DNA from: Patescibacteria group bacterium
GTDB lineage: Bacteria; Patescibacteriota; Microgenomatia; 0-14-0-10-38-17
Reading direction: 5' to 3'
NCBI GenBank assembly: GCA_050947035.1
Contig: JBMNVW010000002.1
Span: 4,820-68,819 of the forward strand
DNA: 64,000 nt
The position numbers were made by a program, and so were the translations under genes. The notes beneath the pieces were generated by a model that worked only from the letters and a program-made list of their open reading frames with translations, was not told the DNA's origin and did not search any database. How positions within the stretch are numbered: the stretch's first letter is position 1; the number at the start of each line of letters is the position of its first letter. This document shows positions 17,739-29,960 of the stretch, piece after piece.

Positions 17739-18875
17739 CTACTTATAGCCAACCGGTTTCTTGGCTAAAACTAAGCCCAAACTAATCCGACGGTTATTCG
17801 GATCAATAGAATCAATAAAACAACTCACTTCATCGCCGACCTTAATTTTTTTATCAGCCGGGATTTTGGAAATATGAATCAAGCCCTCTACTCCTTCATT
17901 CAACTCCACCAACCAACCATAATTAGTAATCTTGGTAACTTTACCGGTAATTTGCTTATTTTCTGGATATTTTTTGACTATTTCCTCCCAAGGATCAGTC
18001 TTTAATTGTTTAATTGAAAGCTGAAGACGACCATCTTCTTTGTTTAAAACTTGGGCATCAACGGTATCGCCAACCTGATAACGATTAGTTAAAGCATTAA
18101 CCTTTTCCCAAGAGACTTCAGAAATATGAATTAACCCCTCCAGGGTTATCTTGTTCTTTTTAACTTCTACAAAAAGACCATAAGGGGCAATTTTAACAAT
18201 TTTAGCTTTGACAGTATCGCCTTCTTTTAATTTTTCAAGGGCCTTTTTCTCCTTGGCGATTTGTCCGGCTTCAGAAACTGCCCTCTCAGAAAAAACTAAT
18301 CGGTTCTTATCTCGATCAACTTCAATAACTTTGACTTTAATTTTATTGTCAATTAATAAATCCTCACGCCCATTCCACTCTTCCCCCAAACAAGAACCAG
18401 GAATAAAACCGGTTAAATTAAAAGGGGCCTGAACCAAAATCCCTCCCGCATTTTGATCCTGACCAACAACTTCGATGGGTTCCTTGTTAGAAAGTTTTTC
18501 TTGATAAAAGTCCCAGGCATAATCTTGGGCCACATTTCTTAAATTGAGCAAAATTTGTCCTCTAGGGTCTTCGGCTTCACCAACTACCGTTCTTACTTTT
18601 TCGCCTTCCTTTAGTTGATTAATAAAATCCTTAACTCGATCTAACTCTCGACCAAAAAGAACTCCCTCGGTCTTGGCTCCAATATCAAAATAAACCCTTT
18701 TAGGAGTAATTTCTGAAATCGTTGCTTCTATTTCTTCGCCTTTTTTGGGGACATAGAGGTCATCTGAAGATTGATCTAATAAATCAGCCATGGTTTTGGG
18801 CTGATCAGTTTTTTTAGTCTTTTTTGTTTTTTTTACTGAGCTGGTTGACTTTTTCGATTTTTTCTTTTTGGCCAT
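17739..18875 (-). CDS. S1 RNA-binding domain protein (ribosomal protein S1-like) with a Lys-rich N-terminus.
   Basis: Four tandem S1-like repeats (for example GEKVRTVVGEAED and GDTVKAKIVKIAPYGLFVEV). Confidence 0.75.
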   Translation of the reverse strand: MAKKKKSKKSTSSVKKTKKTKKTDQPKTMADLLDQSSDDLYVPKKGEEIEATISEITPKRVYFDIGAKTEGVLFGRELDRVKDFINQLKEGEKVRTVVGEAEDPRGQILLNLRNVAQDYAWDFYQEKLSNKEPIEVVGQDQNAGGILVQAPFNLTGFIPGSCLGEEWNGREDLLIDNKIKVKVIEVDRDKNRLVFSERAVSEAGQIAKEKKALEKLKEGDTVKAKIVKIAPYGLFVEVKKNKITLEGLIHISEVSWEKVNALTNRYQVGDTVDAQVLNKEDGRLQLSIKQLKTDPWEEIVKKYPENKQITGKVTKITNYGWLVELNEGVEGLIHISKIPADKKIKVGDEVSCFIDSIDPNNRRISLGLVLAKKPVGYK

Positions 18876-18995
18876 TCATTGCTCCTCCTTTTTAATAATG
18901 ATGCAAAAAGTATTATAACATTAATAAGTTCAAAGTTAAAAGTCAAAAGTTAAAAATAGTAATTGCTAAATTATTTGGAAATTGGGTTAATTGGG

Positions 18996-20030
18996 TTAAT
19001 TGGAAATTTTATTCTTTACCCACTCCCCAATCTCCCCCCAACTCTTATCTACTGGTTCCCAAACCCAAAGGCCGTGTTTACTAATCGGCGGATTGGTTAA
19101 AAATTGTTCTGGTAAGGATAAAAACTCTAAATCTGCTCCTTGTCTAAAGTAAGTCACCCCGGCATTAATCAACAAATTAAGGGGCAAGTTGCTATCAACA
19201 TCCTCTTGCCAACAACGATAAAGACCACCAACCGCTTGAGGATTGGTTATTAAAAAATGAGGTTGGGACAATTTATTAATAATTGCCAAAAGGGCTTTTT
19301 GCTGACGTTTAACTCGCGCTTCATCTGTCCCTTCTTGGGGATCATCACTTTTGCGAGAACGAATGTATTCTAATACTCTTTTGCCGTCCATAGTCTGCCG
19401 ACCAGCTTCAAACCTAAGATGAGTTAAACCATTAGCTCCATCATCAGTAGGAAAATAATAATCGTCAAAGGCCCGCTCCACTTCTATTTCAACACCAGAC
19501 AGTAAATCAACAATTCCAGCTATGGCTTCAAAATCAAGAACTAAATAATAATCGATTCTTTGACCTAAAATTTTTTCTAATTCCGAAGTTAGTAAATCAG
19601 TTTTATTATCAAGACCTTGTTCTTGACCATAAAAATAAAGAGCATTAACTTTAGTTTTTAACTCTTCCAACCATAAATCCCGCGGCAAAGAAACAAAAAC
19701 GGCCTTCTCCCTCTCGGGCCGCCAAAAACTAACCATAAGCGTATCTGTTAATAGGCCGTCGTTGGCCTCTCTTTGATCTAACCCCAAAATAAGCAAATTA
19801 AACTCTTGAGCGTTGCTTAGATCGGTGCTTAAAAAAATTTTTTTGATTTCATTATATTTTAGCCCCGAAGATAAAGAAAAGCGTTGATAATAGCTAAGAA
19901 AAAAAACAAAACTAGCAAAAAAAAGCAAAAAAAAGACCACTATAAAAGTGGTCGAAAAGTATTTCAAATATTTTTTTAAGTCTGGTTTAGGGAGTTTTCT
20001 TATCGTCTCCATTACTAAATAATAATCCAA
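18996..20030 (-). CDS. LCP (LytR-CpsA-Psr) family cell-envelope phosphotransferase.
   Basis: N-terminal transmembrane segment followed by the LCP core NLLILGLDQREANDGLLTDTLMVSFWRP. Confidence 0.8.
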   Translation of the reverse strand: MDYYLVMETIRKLPKPDLKKYLKYFSTTFIVVFFLLFFASFVFFLSYYQRFSLSSGLKYNEIKKIFLSTDLSNAQEFNLLILGLDQREANDGLLTDTLMVSFWRPEREKAVFVSLPRDLWLEELKTKVNALYFYGQEQGLDNKTDLLTSELEKILGQRIDYYLVLDFEAIAGIVDLLSGVEIEVERAFDDYYFPTDDGANGLTHLRFEAGRQTMDGKRVLEYIRSRKSDDPQEGTDEARVKRQQKALLAIINKLSQPHFLITNPQAVGGLYRCWQEDVDSNLPLNLLINAGVTYFRQGADLEFLSLPEQFLTNPPISKHGLWVWEPVDKSWGEIGEWVKNKISN

Positions 20031-20061
20031 AGAATATCCAAAAACCAGTTTTTAAAAAAAA

Positions 20062-20182
20062 TGCTTTGGCTATGACCTATTTTCTCGCCTCCTTGCGGAA
20101 GACAATATCGTCAGCGCTATCGCGTTTCACTTCTGAGTTCGGAATGGAATCAGGTGGTACCACGACGCTCCAATAACCAAAG
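20062..20182 (-). rRNA. rrf: 5S rRNA.
   Basis: The reverse complement reads ...CCACCTGATTCCATTCCGAACTCAGAAGTGAAACGCGATAGCGCTGACGATA..., matching the conserved 5S core. Confidence 0.8.
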
Positions 20183-21075
20183 CAAGTTTTATTTTAACAA
20201 AAATTTTCTTTTAGTAAAGCTTAATCTACTCTTTGTTAGAACAAGAATGTTTTTTTCTCTTTTTTTTAGTCATTTAGGAATTAAGTTTTTTCACATCCAA
20301 ATTCGATCGATTAGTACTGGTCAGCTGAATTCGTTGCCGAACTTACACTTCCAGCCTATCAACCAGGTAGTCTTCCTGGGATCTAAGACTCCTCATCTTG
20401 GAGTAGGCTTCCCGCTTGAGATGCTTTCAGCGGTTATCCATTACAAACGTAGCTACCCAGCTTGCCGCTGATGCGACAACTGGCCCACCAGAGGTTTGTC
20501 CATCCTGGTCCTCTCGTACTGAGGACAGATCTCCTCAAGAGTCAAAACGATTACTGCGGATAGAGACCGAGCTGTCTTACGACGCTCTGAACCCAGCTCA
20601 CGTAGGATTTTAATGGGCGAACAGACCAACCCTTGGAGACTTCTTCATCTCCAGGATATCCTGAGCCGACATCGAGGTCGCGAACTGGCCCGTAGATGTG
20701 TACTCTCGGGACCAACCACGCTGTTATCCCCGGGGTAGCTTTTATCCGTTAAGCCCTGGCTTCATCCATAGAAGCACAGGGGATCACTAAGACCTGCTTT
20801 CGCACCTGCTCGACCCGCCGGTCTTGCAGTCAAGCTGGCTTGTGCCTTTACACTTTCCTCCCGATTTCCATCCGGGATAAGCCAACCTTTGTGCGCTCGC
20901 GTTACTTTTTAGCAAGCGACTGCCCCAGTCAAACTACCCACCAGGCACTGTTCCTAAGTTCGTATCCAGAACTTCCAGGTTAGAACTGAATTTAATGAAG
21001 AGAGGTATTCCACTGGCGACCGAAGTCTCCCTCCTATTCTCGACAGTCATTAAATACAATTCAATGCCAAGTTGT

Positions 21076-21106
<31 letters not shown>

Positions 21107-21427
21107 AGTAATTAGGCCGCATCTTCACAGCCATTTCAATTTCGCCGAGTAGAGGTTTGTAGACAGTTGTTCGGTCGTTGGGCCTTTCATACAGGTCGGA
21201 ACTTACCCGACAAAGGACTTCGCTACCGTAGAACAGTTAGAGTTACTGCTGCCGTTCACCGGGGCTTCAATTCTCCGCCCGCATTTTTTCCGAAGAAAAA
21301 ATGAGAACAAAGTCATTTAACCTTCCGGCACTGGGCAGGCTTCAGCCCCTATACCTCCTCTTTTGGAGTTTGCAGAGACCTGTGTTTTTGGTAAACAGTC
21401 GCCGAACAATCTTTAGCTGAGACCCAT

Positions 21428-21631
21428 CTCGCCCACAGGACGAGAAAATCCTAAAGGATTAAACTCTAAATTCTAATTTCTAAAATCCAAACAATAACTA
21501 AATTCTAAATTCCAATGTTCCAAACAGATTATTTGTTTCGAATTTGGAATTTGGAAAATTAGGATTTGTTTGGGATTTCGGATTTCGGATTTAGAATTTT
21601 CTAGAATTTCCTTGTCCTATGGACAAGACAG
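21428..21631. repeat. IVS-like insertion (a) in the 23S. It is AT-rich, with ttctaaattccaa-type repeats, and is capped by the hairpins ctcgcccacaggacgag and cttgtcctatggacaag.
   Basis: It aligns at about 85-90% with the tRNA-Ala/23S spacer element at 24073-24249. Confidence 0.7.
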
Positions 21632-22177
21632 GCAGGGCATCTTGTGACCTTACGCCCAGCTTGTTTGCCGAGTTCCTTAAACCTCTTTCTCTCGCTCGCC
21701 TTGGTCTTCTCGACCTACCCACCTGTGTTGGTTCTTGGTACGATTTTTGTAAACTCTCACTGCGACACTTTTCTCGGAAGATAAAATCAGCTAATTGAAT
21801 CAAAAAAGATTCTCTTCATCGTAAGCTTGACATTAACGAACCGGCGGATTTGCCTACCAGTCCTGCCTTGCTACTTAAACGACAGCAACATCAATCGCTG
21901 CGCTAGCATTATCTGTCTCCGTCATGACCCAGTTAATAACGATTTTACAAAAGTACAGGAATATCAACCTGTTATCCATCCACTACCCAAGTAAAACTTG
22001 GCTCATGTTAGGATCGACTAACCCCCTGACGACGAACGTTGCAGGGGAAACCTTAGGTTTTCGGCGGTCTGGATTCTCACCAGACTATTTGCTACTCATG
22101 CCAGCATTCTCACTTCCGAACGCTCCAATAAACCTCACAGTTTATCTTCACCGCCTTCGGAACGCTCCCCTACCACC

Positions 22178-22316
22178 TCGCCCCCTGGGCGAGAAACTCC
22201 AAATATTCTAAATCCAAAATCCAAATAATATTGATCTGATAGGTCTTATTGGACCTATGTTTGTGGAAATTGAAAATTTGAAATTTGAAATTTCTTGTCC
22301 AAAAGACAAGGTCTGG
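22178..22316. repeat. IVS-like insertion (b) in the 23S, at the approximate helix-45 position. It contains the palindrome tctgataggtcttattggacc.
   Basis: AT-rich gaaatttgaaattt repeats end in the hairpin cttgtccaaaagacaag. Confidence 0.65.
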
Positions 22317-22945
22317 AACTTCGGTATGTAGCTTAATCCTCGATCATCTTCGGCGCTAACTTTCATCGGCCAGTGAGCTGTTACGCTTTCTTTAAAGGAT
22401 GGCTGCCTCTAAGCCAACCTCCTGGGTGTCTTTGAAAACTAACTACCTTAACAACTTAGCTACAATTTAGAGACCTTATTTGCCAGTCTGGGATGTTTCC
22501 CTCTCGCCTTATCAGTTTAGCCCGATAAGACTGACTCTCTTGTCTTGCCTTTGGTATTCGGAGTTTGATTGATATCAAGACCTTTAAGACCCTGAGACCA
22601 TTCAGTGCTCTACCCCCAAAGACATCTAAACAAGAGGCTATACCCATATATATTTCGGGGAGAACCAGCTATCACCAAGCTCGATTGGCATATTACCTCT
22701 AACCACAAGTCGTCCAAGCCTTTTGCAGCAGACATTGGTTCGGGCCTCCTCCTACCTCTCGGTAAAATTCACCCTGCTCATGGTTAGCTCGCCTGGTTTC
22801 GGGTCCCCCGCTCTTTGTTTATTCGGTTAAAAACCGAAAACGCCCTGTTAAGACTTGGTTTCCCTATGCCTCCACCATAAAAATGGCTTAAACAACACAA
22901 AGGACGAGGACTCGCTGGCTCATTCTTCAATAGGCACGGCATTAC

Positions 22946-23098
22946 CCGTTCTCCGAACGGGAAGCTCCAATTTCCAATTAAGCCAATTTCCAAACAAATT
23001 CCAAATAACAAATCTTCAAAATTGAAAATTAAAGCATTTTTAGAATTGATTGGTCATTGGTAATTGGTGGATTGAAAATTCCTGTTCGAAGAACAGGC
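22946..23098. repeat. IVS-like insertion (c) in the 23S, at the approximate helix-25 position.
   Basis: It begins with cccgttctccgaacggg, contains AT-rich ccaatttccaa repeats, and ends in the hairpin cctgttcgaagaacagg. Confidence 0.65.
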
Positions 23099-23392
23099 TT
23101 TGCCTGCTTGTTAGCAAACGGTTTCAGGTACTATTTCACTCCCCTTCCGGGGTGCTTTTCACCTTTCCCTCACGGTACTATTCACTATCGGTCGACAAAA
23201 GTATTTAGTCTTGGCTAATGGTTCAGCCGGATTCACACAAAGTATGTTCATTGTGTTACTTGGGAAAACTAGCTTGTTTTTATTTTGGTTTCGTATACCA
23301 GGCTTTCACTGTCTTTGGCCACCTATTCCAAAATGTTCTACTACCAAAACAAAAAACAAATATGCTTGCCTCCCACAACCCCCACCTCGTGC

Positions 23393-23563
23393 ACAGCACG
23401 AGAAAATCCCAAAATCCAAACTCCAAAATCCAAACAAATCCCAAAATGATCAAATATTCAAAATTCTAAAAAATAGTTAGAACATTGAGAATTTAGACAT
23501 TGGAAATTGATTGAAAATTGAAAATTGAAAATTGAAAATTCCTTGTGCTATGCACAAGACAGG
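23393..23563. repeat. IVS-like insertion (d) in the 23S 5' domain.
   Basis: It begins with ctcgtgcacagcacgagaaaatcc, contains (gaaaatt)n repeats, and ends in the hairpin cttgtgctatgcacaag. Confidence 0.65.
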
Positions 23564-23990
23564 TTTAGACTATTCCGATTTCGCTCACCGCTACTGACGG
23601 AATCGCTATTGCTTTCTCTTCCTCCGGGTACTAAGATGTTTCAATTCCCCGGGTAACCTCTATATGCGAAGCATATAGTCCGTCGTGTTGCCACGACAGG
23701 GGTTCCCCCATTCGGAAACCATCGGATCAACGGTTGCTTGGCACCTACCCGACGATATCGATCGCCTGCGACGTCCTTCCTCGGCTTTTGTCACCTAGGC
23801 ATCCACCGTTTGCGTTAATGGATGTGAAAAAACCTAATTCCTTGACTAATAATTAAAAAGAGCGAAAAAAAATTAACTTTTAAAAGTTAAAATTCTTGCT
23901 CTAACAAAGAATAGATTTTTTTCAAATCTATCTAATTACATGACAAAAACAATTTATCAAAGTGCTTTAGCTCTTTTTTAAAAACAGTGC

Positions 23991-24067
23991 TGGTGGAGCT
24001 AACCGGAATCGAACCGGTGACCTCCACATTGCAAATGTGGCGCTCTATCCAGCTGAGCTATAGCCCC
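23991..24067 (-). tRNA. tRNA-Ala (TGC).
   Basis: The reverse complement is GGGGCTATAGCTCAGCTGGATAGAGCGCCACATTTGCAATGTGGAGGTCACCGGTTCGATTCCGGTTAGCTCCACCA. It has the G3:U70 pair, anticodon TGC, and an encoded CCA. Confidence 0.85.
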
Positions 24068-24072
24068 TCATG

Positions 24073-24249
24073 CTCGCCCACAGGGCGAGAAATCCTAAAT
24101 TCTAATTTCTAAAATCCAAACAAGATCTAAATTCTAAATTCCAATGTTCCAAACAGATTATTTGTTTTAGGTTTGGAATTTGAAAAATTAAAATTTGTTT
24201 AGGATTTCGGGTTTTGAATTTAGGGTTTTCCTTATCCATAAGGATAAGG
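24073..24249. repeat. IVS-family element in the tRNA-Ala/23S spacer; paralogue of IVS (a).
   Basis: Its structure is gctcgcccacagggcgagaaatcctaaattctaatttctaaaatccaaaca...ccttatccataaggataagg. Confidence 0.7.
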
Positions 24250-24543
24250 TTGGGCTAAATTAAAGAGCTTGCTCTAATACGAAGAAGAAATTTTGCTCGT
24301 TAACAAAATTTAGGAGCCCAAAAGGGGGCCAACTAAAGTTATATTTTGGTCAACAGAAAACATATAATTTCTTCTCATTAAAGCAAAGCTTATTATATAG
24401 ACGAGGCTTATCTTTGTCAATAATGCGCTAGTCCAATTTTTTTCGAAGTAGCGAACTTTAGTTCGCGCTAAAAAACGAACAGATCTAGACTTACCGTTTT
24501 AGACAAGAACTGGAGATGCTTCTTTGGTCTGTCAGTTATATTT

Positions 24544-24610
24544 GGTGCACGCGCCTGGACTCGCCATGCCCGCCGATAGCCGCAGCCTGAGCCGTATACG
24601 AACAGTATTG
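24544..24610 (-). pseudogene. Relic of a duplicated tRNA: a degenerate copy of the tRNA-Ile 3' acceptor/T-arm sequence.
   Basis: The 20 bases ggtgcacgcgcctggactcg at 24544-24563 are identical to the tRNA-Ile 3' end at 24679-24698. Downstream sequence retains only patchy similarity (cctgagcc). Confidence 0.4.
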
Positions 24611-24679
24611 AAAAGGCGAACGCTAAGGCAAGGCGGGAACCAGGGACCGGTCGCCCCAGGCGACCGCTCAACCTTTCTA

Positions 24680-24754
24680 GTGCACGCGCCTGGACTCGAA
24701 CCAGGGACCTCGTCTTTATCAGAGACGCGCTCTAACCACCTGAGCCACGCGTGC
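24680..24754 (-). tRNA. tRNA-Ile (GAT).
   Basis: The reverse complement is GCACGCGTGGCTCAGGTGGTTAGAGCGCGTCTCTGATAAAGACGAGGTCCCTGGTTCGAGTCCAGGCGCGTGCAC. The anticodon loop CTGATAA gives anticodon GAT. Confidence 0.85.
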
Positions 24755-25040
24755 GAAATTAGTCGTTAGTCTTTGGTCTTTAGCTGTTAGTTTCTTTATC
24801 TTTACATTGACAATATCTTTTTTTTCAATTTTCCAATATTCTAATATTTCCTATAATACCACAAAGCTAATCTGACTCCTCTTTTTCTCCATCAAAAAAC
24901 CCCGCCTATTCCTGGCGGGGTTATTTTTTGGCATTCCGAATGTGGTAGGAAAATTAAATCAAAACATCCGTTGACATTTTGATTTTAGAAAAATGTTTAA
25001 AGTCCTTCCACCGTGAGAGGCAAAAAGACTATCTCTCCTA

Positions 25041-27232
<2,192 letters not shown>

Positions 27233-27481
27233 AAAAAAAGAATTTCCGGAATTAAAAATAGGCTTATTGCTTAATTTTAAACCGGACCCCGACGATATCA
27301 AACAAGATCGATATCCGACCGGGGATTTCCTACCACATTCTGAATGCCAATATTTAAATTAACATTATTTTTGTCTGTTAAGTAAACCAAAATGTCAAAG
27401 AGCCAAAAAAGAAGAAAACACCTTAAAATAAGGCAAACATTATCTTATCATGAAGATAGGATGAAGTAAAGATAAGGGCCT

Positions 27482-28042
27482 CTATCTCCCCTCCATTGCT
27501 TTCCACAAAACAATCGCCAAAGAAATCATCACATTAAGACTAATATTAAAACCCCACATGGGTATCTCTAACACTTGATCAACCAAATCCAAAACCTCAT
27601 CGCCAATACCATAAGTCTCATTGCCGATCACCAAAGCCAAGGGAAATGAATAGTCGATCTTTCGATAATCCAAACTCTGATCTGATTGTTCAACCGCAAA
27701 AACTGTCAAATTAGAAACTTTTTTCTTTAATTTCTTAATTGCTCCTTGGGCTGTTTCCTGGTAAAACCAGGGCACCCACTTTTCAGTACCAATAGCGGCC
27801 CGATGAATCTTAATGTTCGGCGGCGTTTGGCTGCGACCGCAAATAATGACTTGACTAGCAGCGACCGCATCTGCCAACCGAAAAATTGCCCCGATATTAT
27901 AAGTATCTAAAACATTGTCTAAAATAATATAAATCGGTTGACGGTTTATTTTTTTTAATTGCTCCGCCGGTGGTTTTTGATGACGCAAGAACTTAGCATC
28001 TAATTTTTGTTTCATTTTTTCATTTCCTAAAATAGAGACCAC
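27482..28042 (-). CDS. SpoU/TrmH-family RNA 2'-O-methyltransferase.
   Basis: SPOUT signatures: YIILDNVLDTYNIGAIFRLADA, ALVIGNETYGI, and a C-terminal trefoil-knot region. Confidence 0.75.
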   Translation of the reverse strand: MVSILGNEKMKQKLDAKFLRHQKPPAEQLKKINRQPIYIILDNVLDTYNIGAIFRLADAVAASQVIICGRSQTPPNIKIHRAAIGTEKWVPWFYQETAQGAIKKLKKKVSNLTVFAVEQSDQSLDYRKIDYSFPLALVIGNETYGIGDEVLDLVDQVLEIPMWGFNISLNVMISLAIVLWKAMEGR

Positions 28043-28310
28043 TACTAAGGCAGCTTAATTCTCTATACTATTAATAATATATAGATTCCCACGGGCAAAG
28101 CCCATGGTTCTTTCCGTTTGATCTATTAGTATCAGCTTCATCCAGGCTTACAGCCGGTGGTTTTTTCCAATCTTGAAATAAGACCTCAATCTATTTCCCT
28201 AAGGAAATTAAAATTCCTCCAAATCCAGACCGTTTTAGAAGTCATTGTTAGAAGATATTTTAGCATTCGAAGAAAAAAGCCCAAAATAACTATTACTGTT
28301 ATTGTTAAGA

Positions 28311-28496
28311 CTATTTTTCCTTAACAATAATTGCTCCAACCGGACAAACACTGGCTAAATTTTTGGCCTCTTGAGGTTCAAGAATTTTCCCCTTGGATTC
28401 AAAGTGATCATTTTTAGCCTCAAAATGATTAGGATAAATGGCCACACAAGTGCCACACTTAATACACTTTTCCTGGTCAATTACCACCTTAGCCAT
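28311..28496 (-). CDS. Small ferredoxin with two 4Fe-4S cluster motifs.
   Basis: CIKCGTC...CP and C...CPVGAI cysteine motifs in a 61-aa protein. Confidence 0.8.
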   Translation of the reverse strand: MAKVVIDQEKCIKCGTCVAIYPNHFEAKNDHFESKGKILEPQEAKNLASVCPVGAIIVKEK

Positions 28497-28515
28497 ACTT
28501 TTTTTTAAAAAATTT

Positions 28516-29280
28516 TTAAGTTGCTAGCCAACCGCCATCAACATAAACCACCGAACCGGTCATATAACCAGCCTCCTCTGAAGCCAAGAAAACAGCCGCC
28601 GCCCCAATATCCTCTGGTTGACCAATTCTTTTAATTGGTAAACGAGCCAACAAACCCTGCTTAACTTTTTCGTCTTCTGTTACCTCTTTAGTCATATCGG
28701 TTTCGATTGAGCCGGGAGCAATAGCATTAACGGTAATGCCCTTAACGCCCAATTCAATTGCCAAGCCTTCAGTTAAAGCAACCACTCCGCCTTTTGAAGC
28801 ACAATAATGGGCCAAGGCCGGATAACCAACCCCCACTCCTCCAGAAGCAACCGAAGCAATATTAATAATCCTTCCCCAACCGTTTTTTTCCATTTGAGGA
28901 ACCACGGCCTTAACACACAAAAACTGCCCCTTAAGATTGACATCAATTACCCAATCCCAATCTTTTTCGGTCATTTGGTCAAGGGTCTTGTAATTTAAAA
29001 CCCCAGCGTTATTAACCAAAATGTCAAGTCGACCAAATTCTTGAACCATCTTGCCAACCATCGCCTCCACTTGATCTTTTTTGGAAACATCAGCCTTGAT
29101 AGCGATTGATTTTCGACCCAATCTCTTAACTTCAGAAACAACTTCTTGGGCTTCCTCTTCTGAAGAATAATAATTAACCGCCACATCTACCCCCTGTTTG
29201 GCCAAACAAAGAGCAACCCCCCGACCGATACCTCGAGAAGCGCCGGTTACTAAGGCCGTCTTACCAGTTAAATCAAACAT
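28516..29280 (-). CDS. Short-chain dehydrogenase/reductase (FabG-like 3-oxoacyl-ACP reductase family). The start was moved to the internal Met of MFDLTGK.
   Basis: TGASRGIGRG Rossmann motif, NNAG motif, and a YxxxK catalytic motif (YCASKGG). The listed 22-aa N-terminal extension overlaps a family-C repeat. Confidence 0.85.
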   Translation of the reverse strand: MFDLTGKTALVTGASRGIGRGVALCLAKQGVDVAVNYYSSEEEAQEVVSEVKRLGRKSIAIKADVSKKDQVEAMVGKMVQEFGRLDILVNNAGVLNYKTLDQMTEKDWDWVIDVNLKGQFLCVKAVVPQMEKNGWGRIINIASVASGGVGVGYPALAHYCASKGGVVALTEGLAIELGVKGITVNAIAPGSIETDMTKEVTEDEKVKQGLLARLPIKRIGQPEDIGAAAVFLASEEAGYMTGSVVYVDGGWLAT

Positions 29281-29283
29281 TTT

Positions 29284-29345
29284 ATATAAATTAAAGACAG
29301 TCCAACCCGTGAACCACGTCGGGTTCAGGGTTGTCCCGCACCCCA
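29284..29345. repeat. Family-C double-hairpin repeat, inverted copy, lying in the 5' leader of the SDR gene.
   Basis: The two hairpins gaaccacgtcgggttc and gtcccgcaccccatgtgggtgtcaggac are homologous to 34075-34152. Confidence 0.6.
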
Positions 29346-29364
29346 TGTGGGTGTCAGGACAAAA

Positions 29365-29823
29365 TTAGAATATCACAAGGGCTGTTAAAAACGCAACTAA
29401 AAAAATAAAACCAACTAAATATCCTAAAAGCAGGCGATCAGAAATTTCAACATTGTTAAACAACTTCTTTTTTAAAATTGTCCGTCTTTTTTGATAATCA
29501 AAAACCAACTCCTTAATAAAAAAGAGGTTGACACCCAAAACAATCCCCGAAGCAATTAGGGTTTCATTAGAAACTACCAACCAAAAAGAAAACAATAAAA
29601 AACTCAATTGAAAAAGGGCAGAAAACAAAATAAGAGAAGCTTGAGAAGTTTTTACCAAACTAAGATAAACAGAAATTAAAAACCAACCAAACAACAACCC
29701 TAAAAGTAAATAAACTGCCCCCAACCAAGCCGCTAGACCATTGATGGCCAAAAAAGCAACCACAGCCAATAGGGTTCCAGGAAGATAAAGATAATTAAGT
29801 ACCCCGCCTTTTAACCTCATCAA
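29365..29823 (-). CDS. Hypothetical polytopic membrane protein.
   Basis: Four predicted transmembrane segments and no recognisable motif. Confidence 0.4.
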   Translation of the reverse strand: MMRLKGGVLNYLYLPGTLLAVVAFLAINGLAAWLGAVYLLLGLLFGWFLISVYLSLVKTSQASLILFSALFQLSFLLFSFWLVVSNETLIASGIVLGVNLFFIKELVFDYQKRRTILKKKLFNNVEISDRLLLGYLVGFIFLVAFLTALVIF

Positions 29824-29914
29824 CTTAAATTAAACAAAAAAAATCTCCTCTTGGCAAGAAAAAAATAATTTCTAACTGTCAAAATTTTCTAATAACCAAA
29901 TGATATTTAATTTT

Positions 29915-29948
29915 GGAACTCGGGCGCGAAAACCGCACCCCTACTTTG
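29915..29948. repeat. Family-C hairpin variant downstream of the glycosylase gene.
   Basis: The sequence ggaactcgggcgcgaaaaccgcacccctactttg shares the frame ggaaYtcgggc...ccctacttt with the copies at 44850 and 34110. Confidence 0.55.
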
Positions 29949-29960
29949 AATTGTCAATTG

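Noticed and set aside
28516-29346. Full-length 276-aa version of the SDR ORF starting MGCGTTLNPTW.
   Set aside because: The first 22 codons run through the family-C hairpin repeat and precede the conserved TGASRGIG Rossmann start. The internal Met at 29280 is the likely start.
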